Assembly (NCBI GenBank): GCA_010909165.1
Contig: MU008155.1
Location: 930,001 to 994,000 of the forward strand
Length of the DNA stretch: 64,000 nt
Origin: Anthoceros angustus
Taxonomy: Eukaryota > Plantae > Anthocerotophyta
Reading direction: 5' to 3'
Shown here in pieces: positions 40,101-51,779 of the stretch (position 1 is its first letter; every line of letters starts with the position of its first letter). The position numbers and the translations under genes are program-made. Under the pieces are notes generated by a model. It was not told the DNA's origin and ran no database searches. It worked only from the letters and a program-made list of their open reading frames with translations.

Positions 40101-42530
40101 CTTGCAGCGATGTCATGTCTGCTAGTCTTGGTGGGATAGGCCCTGCCGTTGAGAAGATAAACTAATCAGCATGACACAATGGACGCCTCAACTGAAAATG
40201 GAGAAGAGAGTGGAGCACACAACTTACCTGAGAGATTGTTGTTGCTTAGGAACAGGTAATTGAGGAAGTTACAGTTGGCCAGAGAGTCGGGTATAGGACC
40301 GGTCAGATTGTTGTTCCACAGAATCAGATATTCAAGGTTCTGCAGCTTTCCAAGCTCTGGAGGTATGTTTCCTGTCAGTTGATTTTGGTACAGATTGAGA
40401 TTTTGAACACCCCGTAGGTCCCCGAGTTCGGGGGGAATAGGTCCAGAGAGAAGGTTGCTGTGAAGGGCCAAGACTGTAAGGTCTGCAAGGAAAATACCGC
40501 GTGGCACAACCTTTTACGAGAGGTCTCCAACAAGACAGCACATGAGCTCATCAGAGAATCAAAACGACATGACAAGGCAGAACCCCATGAAGAAACTCAC
40601 TGTGTAGGCGGCCTAGAGATGGTGGAATGCTGCCTGTCAGCTGGTTATCGGACAGATCCAAGTAGAGCAACTGGGTGCAATTCCCCAGAGACGCTGGAAT
40701 CGTGCCATTGATCTTGCTGTTGGCGTTACACTCGAACTGTACCAAAAACGCAGCATTTCCAATTTCCGAAGGAATGATGCCTTCAAGGTTATTTGAAGAT
40801 ACGTCCAGGGTTTTCAGCATGCTACCCTTCCCAAAAAGCTCAGGCGGAATGATGCCTGTGAGCTGATTCGCAACAAGCGACAAATAGCCGAGGTTCTGGA
40901 GGCGACCGAGCTCGGGAGGTATCGGCCCAGTGAGATTGTTATTGCCAAGAATTGCGGTGTTGAGAAGCTGCAGACAAACATACAAGTTTGTTAGGATATG
41001 TTGTTTCCAACAAGAGAAGAAGAAATGTCGGCAACGAATTGGCTTACAGGGAAGTTTTCCAGCAATGAGAGATTCCCTGTGAAGGAATTGGAAGCAATAT
41101 TGAACCCTGCTAACGAAGCAAGACCACTCAATGTAGTTGGAAGAGGGCCGCTTAATTGGTTCGCACCGAGATGCAGGGACGTGAGCTGTGTAAGGTTCCC
41201 GTACTCAGATGGAATGCCTCCTGTGAGACTATTGAGTGTAACGTCCAGAACCTGGTGACAATGCAGGGGTGAGATGTCTGCAATATGGAGTCGATAGCGT
41301 AATTCCCATGGAAGAATACCCCACACCATAGTACCTGGAGTTTGGACAGTTTTCCAAGTGATGCGGGCAGGCTGCCATTGAGGGCACAGTTAAATAGGGT
41401 AAGCTCTTGCAGCTCCGACAGGTCTCCCAACTCTTCCGGAATTGGACCTGAAAGAGTAAGATCAAATGATTCAGCAATCCAGGCAGTGCTGAAGCAACTG
41501 GAAGGACCAGAAGCCTGGAAGCTTCATGGATGTCGAAGACATTCAACGTGGTGAAATATGCCCGCTCGTCTGGAGTGCACTACAGGTGCCACATTTGGAC
41601 TCTGCAGCAAATAGCATTTAGTACCTGTGAAGAGATTAGTGTCCAGATACAGGATGGTCAGATTTTTGCATCGGCCAAGCTCCTTGGGGACGATTCCATC
41701 TAACTGATTCTCGTACAGGATCAGCTCCTGCAGCTCCATCAGATTGCCGAGCTGTGGTGGGACGAATCCTGTATCCACAGTTGCGAGAAACGGGATGAGC
41801 AAACGGAACTGCAGCGTTCACCTGAGGCACCTGTAAGAGCTTCTTCACCTGTAAGACTGTTGCTACTAAGGTCGAGCTTCAACAGGTTGCTCAGGTTTCC
41901 CAGCTCAGGTGGAATGGACCCAGTAATGACATTGGTCCCAAGAATCAATTCCTGAAGTAGACTAAGCTGCCCAAGTGCTGGTGGAATGTGACCTGCATAT
42001 CCAGAGCAGTAAAGCTCTAAAAACCAGAATGCGGACTGCAGACATGTGGAAGGGCTTCATCTCCTATCCAGCTACGGTCATTACAATCGGATAGGTGAAG
42101 GCCCAAATTCACGAGTACCTGAGACCTGATTGACAGACAAGTCCAGCAGTTTCAACCCTTTGCACCGTGCTAAATCCGCCAATATTTGCCCCTCAAGAGA
42201 GTTCATAGACAAGTCGAGATTCTGAAGGGCGGGCAGCCTGGCAAAGCTGGACGTATTAAGATTGCCCACAAGACTGGCATTCGAGAGTTGCACAAACACC
42301 ACCTTCCCCTGTCCGTTGCAGCGCACTCCGTTCCACCCGCACGGGGTGGCATCGGATTTGTTCCAGTTGGCCAGCGCGCGCAGTGGATCAGCCGTGATCC
42401 CTTGCTTGAAGGTAAGCAAGCTGTGGCCATCCTTGGACAATCCTGTGGCCGAGGGCAGGTTGTGGGCGAGCAGAAGCAGGACCCAGAGGACCAGCACCCG
42501 AGAGCTGATGAGCCCACATGAGTCTGGCAT
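37125..42530 (-). CDS. LRR receptor-like kinase, LRR-XI-type RD kinase, about 15 exons
   Basis: Signal peptide and LRRNT cap (WN...PCGWNGVRC); more than 20 LxxLxLxxNxLxGxIP repeats; GNPGLCG; [23 protein letters not shown]; kinase [37 protein letters not shown]|EY and DVYSFGVVL. Confidence 0.95.
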
Positions 42531-43200
42531 GGTGCTCAGGCTGAGACACCACCTCAGAGTCGATCACACCGCTGTCTGAATGCGCCTGTTGACTCCAACG
42601 GCATCAGACTGCCTCGATAGCTGCGATTCCCAATCTGCCTCAGCATCGCCATGGGTCGCTTGCAAGCACAGAGGGAATGGAAGCCCGCACCCAGAGGACA
42701 GCAACCGCAATCGTGCACCTTCCGGGGCCTTTTGCATCAGCTCCATGAGAGGCCTGCCCATGAGAGAGTGCACATCCAGCAGGCAAACCCGTACGGCCTT
42801 TAGCAAAGTCCGAGAGGTCACGATGCGACAAAGGAGATTTTGGGCATCTAGAGGAAACGGGACTGCCTACGCGCTTGGCCCTTCCTATTGTTTAGTGTGG
42901 AAGGCTGTACAGCCTGATGGATGGATCATAGATTATGGAGGGCAAGGGCCAGATTGACCCGGCTATCAGGCTGCTGCTGACACCCTCTCTGGACGGTCCT
43001 CGGGGAATGGGGACAAGATAGACCAGAGTCTACTGGCCGTTCTGCTCTTGTCCAGTGCTCACCATCGCATTTTGCGGGCACACGGTGACGTTGCGTTCAC
43101 ACTTCGCACCGTCAAGTCACGACCGATAGCCCCTCGGGTCAAGTTGCACCGCCACAGTCATTTACATTGTTGGCGAATGGGATGGGACCAACAACGCGCA

Positions 43201-43736
43201 ATGGCCGCATCCGATTCCGACCAGGTGGAATTTGGAACCCTTCCCACTTATTTCTCGGAATTCCCCCATGTGGGTGGTGTGAATCCACCCAGAAAACTGT
43301 ACACTGTATACCTTGTGAATAATTTGTCATCGAACATGTCTGAAGCTCTGCAAGTGCGGAAATGGTAAAAGCGTGTTGACTTGCACCGACTTCAAGATCC
43401 CTTCGCACCTGGTCTACTGGGCACCCACCGGGCAGCCATGGCATGCATGTGCAAGCGTGTCATCCCATTGGCATCTGGAGGTGGCCAACTTCGGCATCCA
43501 AGGCACAATCGGGTTATTCAAATGAAAGGCAAACCCTGAGGCACATGATGCAGCTCTGAAGATGGCAGGAAAAGCACCGACATGGTGTGAAGTTGGAAAC
43601 AGCTGCCACTTTCACGCTGATACGAAGATTTTGTGGGAAGCTTCGCGAGCTTTTGACATGTACGAACTGTTGACTTGCTTGGCAGCTGAAAGGCTGATAG
43701 GCAGGGACTCGACAGAAAAATCCTGCAGCGTGTGAC
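43201..43736 (+). other. Possible small orphan spliced gene
   Basis: MAASDSDQVEFGTLPTYFSEF... and a later open frame ...KAPTWCEVGNSCHFHADTKILWEASRAF. Joining them needs assumed introns and one indel. No family recognised. Confidence 0.2.
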
Positions 43737-44492
43737 ATACGTTCGTCGTCCAGCAACATCGAAGTCCAGCTTCAGCATCTTCCCAGCTAATAATCTCCTA
43801 CAGCTTAACAGTTGACAAGAAAATTCGTGCTCTCATTCATGGCAGATGGGAACCAGCCAATCTTCAGTGCGGACTTTCTGAGTCATTCTTCCCACATGAT
43901 GCCCCAACTCCAGCATGCAGATTCCATCTGGTGTGACTCGTCCTGTTTGCATCTGAGCTCAAGAGGCAAGCCATCTATGGCCAGGAGGATTGTAGTGCTT
44001 AGGGTTGGGTGAAACTAGCTGCTTCGCAATGCGGCGAAGCAGCATTGGCTTGTGGCCAATGGCCCCAAGTCCCTCAGGATACGCTTTCTCCTGACTTCAA
44101 AGATTCAAGAATTTGCAATGGAGTGACTTCTGTTCATCACTCTGTCAGATATCTGTATATCCTCACCCTCGTCAATTTAGCCTAGGTGGCATTACCATAT
44201 GCCCAAAAAGCTCACCAAACCAACGCCTTGATGTCCGCATTGGTATGTCCAACGTTTATGAAGCCCAGTGTGGAGATCGGAGAATGCCTTGCACTCAAAT
44301 CAGCTGGCAAAATGCAAATTGATGTGAAGTCCTAAGATACAAAAGGTAATACATATTCCAGCAGATAGCTTCCTAATTTGTGTGTCAAGCTTTGAAGCTT
44401 TCCGTGGTGACTCTACACACTCGGACAACGCAGAGCCTGAACTTCCTACCGCAGAACAAGAGGCCGACCTGCACGTTGCGAGGTCCTGCTAC

Positions 44493-45102
44493 TTATACGG
44501 GAAGAGGTGCAGGCCCCGGCGGATCCGTGCCTTTCTGAGGAATGGTAGACCCGGCTGGTGGAGTTGAAGGTGGTTTGCTCGATACTCTAAGGAGCCGACG
44601 CTGAAGAACCTGCATCTAGTCACAAACATCAAGCGGTGTGCAACATACTGATTAGCAATAAACAACATTGGCATTGAGTACTTCTGTTATTATTGCAACT
44701 TGCAAGCCGTAAGCTGTTCTCTGCTTCGCATTTGGGGGTTGGTTGTTCTTGCCCACCTGAAAAGTAGGGAGTTGCAAGGCGAGAGGCAGGGAGGCCCGAT
44801 TGATGCCTCCGCCGGATCGGGAAGTATTGCTACTCATCGTGTTCGCTTGTAGTAGCTTCCTGCTGTCTGTCCAACCAGGACATGCCCAACAATTAGCAAT
44901 TTCTAACTGTTACCATTCTTTGCTCAAGAAACAGAGAGGAAACATTTGCAAATCTCTCACCACTTGACATCGTTTTGAGCAACGCTTCCGAGCATACGAG
45001 ATTGGAAGCAATTACGATGATCAGAAACCAATGCCTGAGTGGGATTACAACGTCACTGCCTCTGCACTGCCGGAGCACACTAGCACCGTTGCTGGACGCC
45101 AT
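44493..45102 (-). CDS. Predicted 122-aa secreted peptide precursor with a CLE-like C-terminal dodecapeptide
   Basis: Three exons (45102-44961, 44866-44757, 44609-44493) with GT-AG borders and matching phases. Hydrophobic WFLIIVIASNLVCSEA segment, RKLL and RRLL sites, and C-terminus KGTDPPGPAPLPV*. Confidence 0.55.
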
Positions 45103-46734
45103 GTTCTGGAGACGAAAGACTGCCGATTGCCCACCATGCCAAGGCACCTGCAGGTGTGGAGTCGGCAGGACAGAGGATTGAAGTGCAGCATCTGGACGCT
45201 GGTTGACCAAATGGTGACTATTGCCGGCCGTCTTTTGGAAGTGAAATTGTTAGACATTAGAATAAGCAAGATGCACAAACAAACAGCGGGTCGCTCACTA
45301 ACATGGCGGCCTCGTCAGGTGGGCCGACGCGGCCGACTCGCTCGACCTCCTTTCTAACGGAACGGGACGGTAAATTATAGAAAGAGAAAAGTATTTTAAA
45401 GTTTGAAATTAATAATATAAATAATATAAAAATAAAGAATAGAAGACTAGGATAGAAAATACAGCACTCAGGTAAAAAAACATAACATAATCTTAGGAAA
45501 AAAAATAATATTAGAGTAAAAACTATAGAACTACAGTAGAAAATGTCACACTGGAGTATAAACTAGAACATATAGAATATATGTGATAAGAACCAAAATA
45601 ACTGGGCACAACCTATAACAAAATTAGTAAAAACAATTCAGAATCACCAACGGATGAATCAATATCCATCAATATAGGTTTCTTATGCAAAAAGAAAATA
45701 TCTAAACTCCCACATGCAATGACCAACACTTTATTGTACAGCAGAATGGATACTCTGAAACAATGTGCAGAATAGATTAAACACCAATTCTTCAAACACC
45801 TATCGTTATTATCCACAGCCATCCACGCATAAAGATAGCACCTCGTACCTTCCGAACACACTGAACTATAATGAATTTTGTACATTGCTCCCATGTATTA
45901 CATGAATTCTGCACATTGCTCCCATGTATTATGTAACGGTGAGTGTATCCGACAAATAAAACTACATGCAAACTGTCTAGGAATTGTAAAACACGCCGTG
46001 TTATAGAACTAACTTACAAATTGTGAATACGAGCACAAATGCAGACGCACAAAGCGGAAACGCGAAAGCTAATAGCGAAAACGCGTAGATGCGCAGCCAC
46101 CGAGACTCTAGCAAAAAGTCCTTGGTTGTGGCGCTAGGGTGCTGATCGAGGATCGATTAATGCAACACACACAAGAAATCAAATGCAATACACATGTGAC
46201 CTTGTTGCGTTCCACCCTTACTCCCGCTCCAAGGCTACACGAGAATTGATCTAAGCTGCAGTACAAGCTCGCCTGCCTGAGCTCGAAAATTATTATACCA
46301 CCATGCTCGAATTATTCGATCAGAAAATTATTATATACCACCATGCTCTTATACATTTTTACAAGAGAAAATTATTATATACCACCATGAAGTATACCTT
46401 CATAATCAGAGAGACTAATTCAAAGATATTATAATAAATTACTTGATCGATTACATATTAAATAGTATTTTTTTTGTATTTAAGAGAATGCCTTTTCTAC
46501 ATAGAAAGAAAAAGAAAAGAAGAAATTTATTTCTCCCTTCAGGCACCCCATCGAAGCACTCTCTTCAGGCACCCCATCTAAGCATGGATCTAAGCTCAGG
46601 ATGCTTAATCACTACGTTCTTATAAATGTGAGTCCATTTGGCCTAAGGACGTGACTGTTCACATGAACCCTAACTGTGATTGATTAATGGTTAAATTAGC
46701 TCTATTCACAGAAGCAAAGTGTGATGGATGTATG

Positions 46735-48959
46735 TCAAGAGGCATGTCTTGCGTAAGCGTGAGCAGGCAGGCGTGGTGTGAGGGTGGCAACAAGAGGCAC
46801 TTTCTTGCCCACCACTAGCCCCGAGGGAGCTTCGGACATGTCAATGCTCTCTTCAGGCTCCTGCCAGCTGAAGCCGTGCACCAGCAACGCTACTGCATAT
46901 TCGACCATCGTCAGTCCAAGAGGCTGGCCAGGACAAGCTCGCCTGCCTGATCCGAAAGGGAACAGCGTGAAGTCGTCGTGGTCCGGCTGCAGGCGAGGCA
47001 GGCAGGCAGGGCAGGGCAGGGCAGGCAAAAGGATCAGCATGGCAGAACGTCACAAATGTGGCAGCAACGAGGCGGGAAGATGCGTAAACGATCGGGACCT
47101 GAGCTTGAGCTCACCTGCCACGAAGTGCGCCCGGTTTCCAAAAATCGATCAGGGTTGAACTCGAGGGGATTCTCCCACAAGGACGGGTCGTGAAGGATTG
47201 TTCGTAAGTAGACGATGACCATGCTGTTGGGTAGTATCCGGTATCCTCCGAGCTGGCTCTCACGTTGGTTGGTTCGATTACCCAGAAAGGGAATGGGAGC
47301 GCGCAGACGGAGTGTTTCCTTGATGATGCATCTGAGGAGCGGGAAATTTGGCAGGTCCGATTCGCGCACCAATCTCTCCAACCCTACGACGGAGTCTATC
47401 TCCGCTTGCAGTCTTTGCAGGATGTCCGGATGGCGCAGCAGCTCTGCCAGCACCCACTCCGCCGTCACAGGAGGTGGCTCCGTGCCTCCCAGAAATATGT
47501 AGGTCCTGCACGCCAATCAGTTTCAGATCTTCGCCAGCTGGCCTGGATGGACTGGCCGGCCTGGACTGACTGACTGAGCAGTCAGTCAGATATACTGAAT
47601 CTTGGATGATTGAGCACACGGGATTACATGCGGACAGGGCTGTTACCGTCAGGACAGCTTTGATGGTGGTGTCAGACAGGGGCTCTTTCTCGTCGCCCCC
47701 CTGCAGCAAGAGGACATCCAGGAAATCCTTGACGTAGTGCTGGGATCCAAGTAGGTCGGGGTTGTTGGTGTGGAATTCCCTGTGCTCTTCGATGAGGCTA
47801 GTCCACAGATCGTCCATCATCGAGTGCGCAAGCTTGGCCTTTCGAATGTTCTCTGCAGGTTCGTGGGATTACGAGCGATTGCCACCAATTTGATCGACTA
47901 ACTTAAGTAAGGAGTTGGTACCTGGGGGATTAAGCCACCGCAAGGACGGGACGAAATCACCCACGTTCACGGCCAACAGCGCTTCCTTGAGCAACTGCCA
48001 GGTATCCAACCGCAGTCATACGAATCCAGTCCTGAGCTTCAAACAGACATTCGTGTGCAAGCAAACCCTTGGAGAGAAACCCACCTTCCAGATTGTGGAG
48101 ATGATGTTAGCCTCCTCGCTAAACTCCCCCGACAGGACGGCACCGGTGGGATAAAAGCGCTTGCCGAACATCATCCGAGTTGTGTAGTTGAACGAAAATG
48201 CGAACACCCTGCAGGAGCAGAAACCATGGCCGGCCAACCGATGTCAGGGACAACATGCTTGGAAACGCGGGCACTGGAAGCTGGCGCACCTGAAGTGAAC
48301 GTCGACCGCCACAGCTTGCCCGCCCTGTGCCATGGCTTGCTCGAAGATACCGCAGACCATGGCCATCCCGTCTTCCCTGCGGAGGGGCGCACTCGCCAGC
48401 AGCGGGATCCTGGCAAACAGCTCCGACTTGTAGAGCTTGCGCAGGGCTATGCAGCGGCGGCTGTACGGGCCGAACCCGACAGACCCAAAATTGTAGGACA
48501 CGATCTCCAGAGACACAAGCGGGATCCTGCAAGCTCACCCGATGCTGCAGGTCAGTTCAGTTCAGCTCATCGCACCTCAGCCCAGAGCAGCCCGTTGCAA
48601 TTTGCACGGTGTGGTGGTGTTGAAACCTTTGCTAGACTCTACCTGTTCACGAATTCCAAGTCCCGGGTGACGAGAAGCTCGCGGGCAGCCTGCACAGAGG
48701 AGACGATGACGGTGGGGACCTGGCCCAGCCAGATTTGCGCAACAGGGCCGTAGAGCTTTGGAAATCTGCCCAGCTCGACGTGAGGCATGCCCTTGCCGAG
48801 AGATGGCAATGAGCCCAGGAGGGGCCATGACCATGCGGGGCCTGGGGGCAATGCCAGCTTCTTGCCTTTCCCCTTGGGCTTCGCAGCGCACTTCCAGACC
48901 AGCCCCAGGCCCAGGCCCAGGCCCAGGCCCAGCAGAGCCGCCACCACCAGGGCGCCCAT
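46735..48959 (-). CDS. Cytochrome P450, CYP71 clan (A-type), multi-exon
   Basis: Membrane anchor and LPPGP hinge; WPLLGSL; VGDFVPSLRWL; KETLR (ExxR); NPDRF; heme motif FPFGSGRRACPG. One acceptor near 47505 looks garbled. Confidence 0.92.
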
Positions 48960-49056
48960 GCTCTCCTCCTTCCCGAAAAGTGTCCATCTGGGTAGGAAGC
49001 CATCGGCTTGCCAGAAGGTGGGCCTACGGGGGCCCCCTCGCTCCTCTCTCTCCGCC

Positions 49057-49251
49057 GTGCGAACCCGCGACCGGAAACCGGGGCGACGGCAACTCATCTG
49101 ATCTTAGTTCCCACTTGCCGTAATTGCTTGCGGCGCCGCGGAGGGGGAAGCGGAAACTAATTCAAGCGCCGCAACAATTAGGGCAAGCGGGAACTTGGGA
49201 ACTTTGAATCCAGTTTCCCGTGGCCCCCGGTTCCCGGTCGCGGGTTTGCAC
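49057..49251. mobile_element. ~195 bp MITE-like hairpin just upstream of the P450
   Basis: Terminal inverted repeats GTGCGAACCCGCGACCGGAAACCGGGG / CCCCGGTTCCCGGTCGCGGGTTTGCAC (2 mismatches in 27), plus a second internal inverted pair. No TSD recognised. Confidence 0.7.
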
Positions 49252-49949
49252 CGCGAACCATGCAACCATGCTCCGAGGGCTAGGGAGAGGATGGCCATGC
49301 CTTGCCGTACCTGGAGAACTGTATTTAGGTGCAGCTCTCCTTCGTCTTTCCTGGTACTATCTACCCATACAAACCGTCACGTGCTATGTACGCAAATCTT
49401 GTGCCATTGGCACCGACAAGTCACGTGATTGTAAGAATCTTATAACACCTATCCACCAACAACACCCATAAATAACTTTATCTAACTTTAATATCTCCAT
49501 ACGTAAAGAGCTTCTCCAGGAATAATATTTACAAGCTTTAATATTTACATCCTTTCTCTTGACATGCTTTGGGATCGTGGATTCCATATGATAAGTAGAA
49601 GAAGTCTAGGACTAGGGTAGGATTAACATTATATTTCTAGTCCATTCACACTAGTAGCTTATGCATCCATACTTGATATCATATAGGACTAGGTTTGGAT
49701 TAACTTTAGCACTAGTTAGTGATGTTGTCCTAGTTTTCTATGCACGCATAATTCCCTTGTGTGAGTTCTACCGGTCCAGACTACCTAGTCTATAATGGTA
49801 ATGGTATCTATACTATAACGGTGGCTATGTCCCCTCGTCAGGAAGTCTCAAATTTTATGTCATATTTGGATTTCTTTTTCTACTACCAACCTCTCTAGGT
49901 TATTCTTATGGTTGCTTTGGACCATGACACCTTCTATAAGAGTTTTGAA

Positions 49950-50310
49950 TACGAGGTATGGACTTCAATTTTGGCAGTGAAATGCATAATACATTAAAAC
50001 CTAATCAAAGGTTATTGAGGGAGTTACCAACTTTGATGATGATTTTTTTAATAAAATTTAATGTTCATTTTTTGCAAGAGGTATAGTCTATTGTAACAAC
50101 TTGGTCACTGAACTATAGAATACACTCTATAGAGGCCGCCAAAGTTATAGAGGCAGTTACATGATGATTTCTTTATGTGTAGTACAAGATTTGCATACAT
50201 GCCACCTTTTTTAAGAGGTATGATATACTGTAAAATGTTGCTCACTCAAATGTACAATACATTCTAGGTGACAAAGGTTGTAGAGGCAATTGCTAATGAT
50301 ATATTTAACA
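49950..50310. repeat. Three degenerate ~130 bp AT-rich direct repeats
   Basis: GAGGTAT...AATACA...AAAGGTT..GAGG..GTTAC...TGAT skeleton recurs near 49953, 50078 and 50214. Confidence 0.4.
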
Positions 50311-51779
50311 AGGTCTCCTAAGAAGTAGAGACGACTCCTCGTCTCTACTTTTGAGGGTGTGAAATTTGGGGTTTGACGATGGAAAACCGTGCTTTGTCAC
50401 GTTTTCAAAACTTTGGCCAAAACCTTAAGTGTGAAAGTCCAGTGAAGAATGAAACCATGTTTTTGAGGGTTTTACATTATGGTTTTTTTTAACACAATCC
50501 TCTAATTACCCACCACAAAATGGTTACAACAAGATGGAAACCATATGTAACAAGCCATGTAGTCATATGGACATCATGAATTTCAAAATGACGACATAAC
50601 GGGTTTGAAGGGTTGCATGCATGAGCGGTAAACAACAAAAGGTGGATGCCGCATCATCGTAATTCTATGACCGTGGATATCCGGTGAACGGCTTCATCGG
50701 TGAACTTCGACTCGCAAGTCAAGTGTTGGGTTCTCGGATAGTGGCGTCATTTCTATGTTGAAACATGACATGAAAGTACGGAGGTGCGGCTTGCATTCTC
50801 AGGTTCTCGAAAGTCCCCTCGAGGCACCAACGTTTGGATGTGTTGAGCGTCATTTCGAACCTCACCGCTAACCGACATAATCCATGCCCATTGGCCTAAC
50901 CTAATCGGCTACAATGTTCGCATGTGTAGCCGCCGATGACATATCCGCGAATACAGACTGATGGTTATGTCATCGGACATGCTCAATGCTTCATGTATAG
51001 ATAGTGTCTTGGTAGTTTTGTAAACGCCATGATGACAATACGCGGAATGTGGTAGGAGTTTGACAGTCGGCAGTTTTCAGGCTATTTTACGGGTTATGGC
51101 GAAAGCGGGGCAGGGTTCTTATTGCAAGGCTGATCATGGGCCCGCTATGGTAATTTCACGCCTCAACATTCAATGGCGAGAAAGAACAAAGCGCAAAATC
51201 GTATGCTTTCATACCAGCTGAAAACAAGCACACGAGAACATGCACTCGGGTTGGCCATCACCAGACACAACCGGACAAAGATACTGTTTCCATTTCAACA
51301 CGGTTGTCCTGTTTGTGCTCACGTAAGCGGACACCTCTACATGCGCCTCACCAACGATGCCGGAGTCGAACACCGAGCATTTTGCGGCATTACCAATGCC
51401 CCACCCAGATCGAGATTCACAAACATTAGGTTCATATGCCCCAGTCTTCCGGGTGCCCTATCCATGGTAGGGGGTGAACCAATGGATCATAGTCCTTAGT
51501 GGTCGTGTCCAAGGGAAGGTGACCTTGTCCATCGCCGCCCGAGAGTAGCACTATGTTCTGCCCAAACTCGCCACCAGCCCTGTCCCTATTACCTTTGTCA
51601 ATCGAATGCCGCCACACCGCCCACAAGACAAGACATGGAAGGATCTCACACCTGGGTGTAGAATGCTCCGATGCGTGGCGCTTGAGATCCACAAACCGGC
51701 TCCTTGCCACATTGTTCATCATCGGTTCTTTGGTGAACGCCTTAGGCCCGCGTAGCCTTCAACCTCTCCCAACTCTTCC

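Noticed and set aside
39566-42579. Plus-strand ORFs over the receptor kinase
   Set aside because: Antisense shadows of LRR exons.
47565-47590. Perfect 10 bp hairpin CTGACTGACT-GAGC-AGTCAGTCAG in a P450 intron
   Set aside because: Built from a 4-nt microsatellite and its complement, and too short to imply function.
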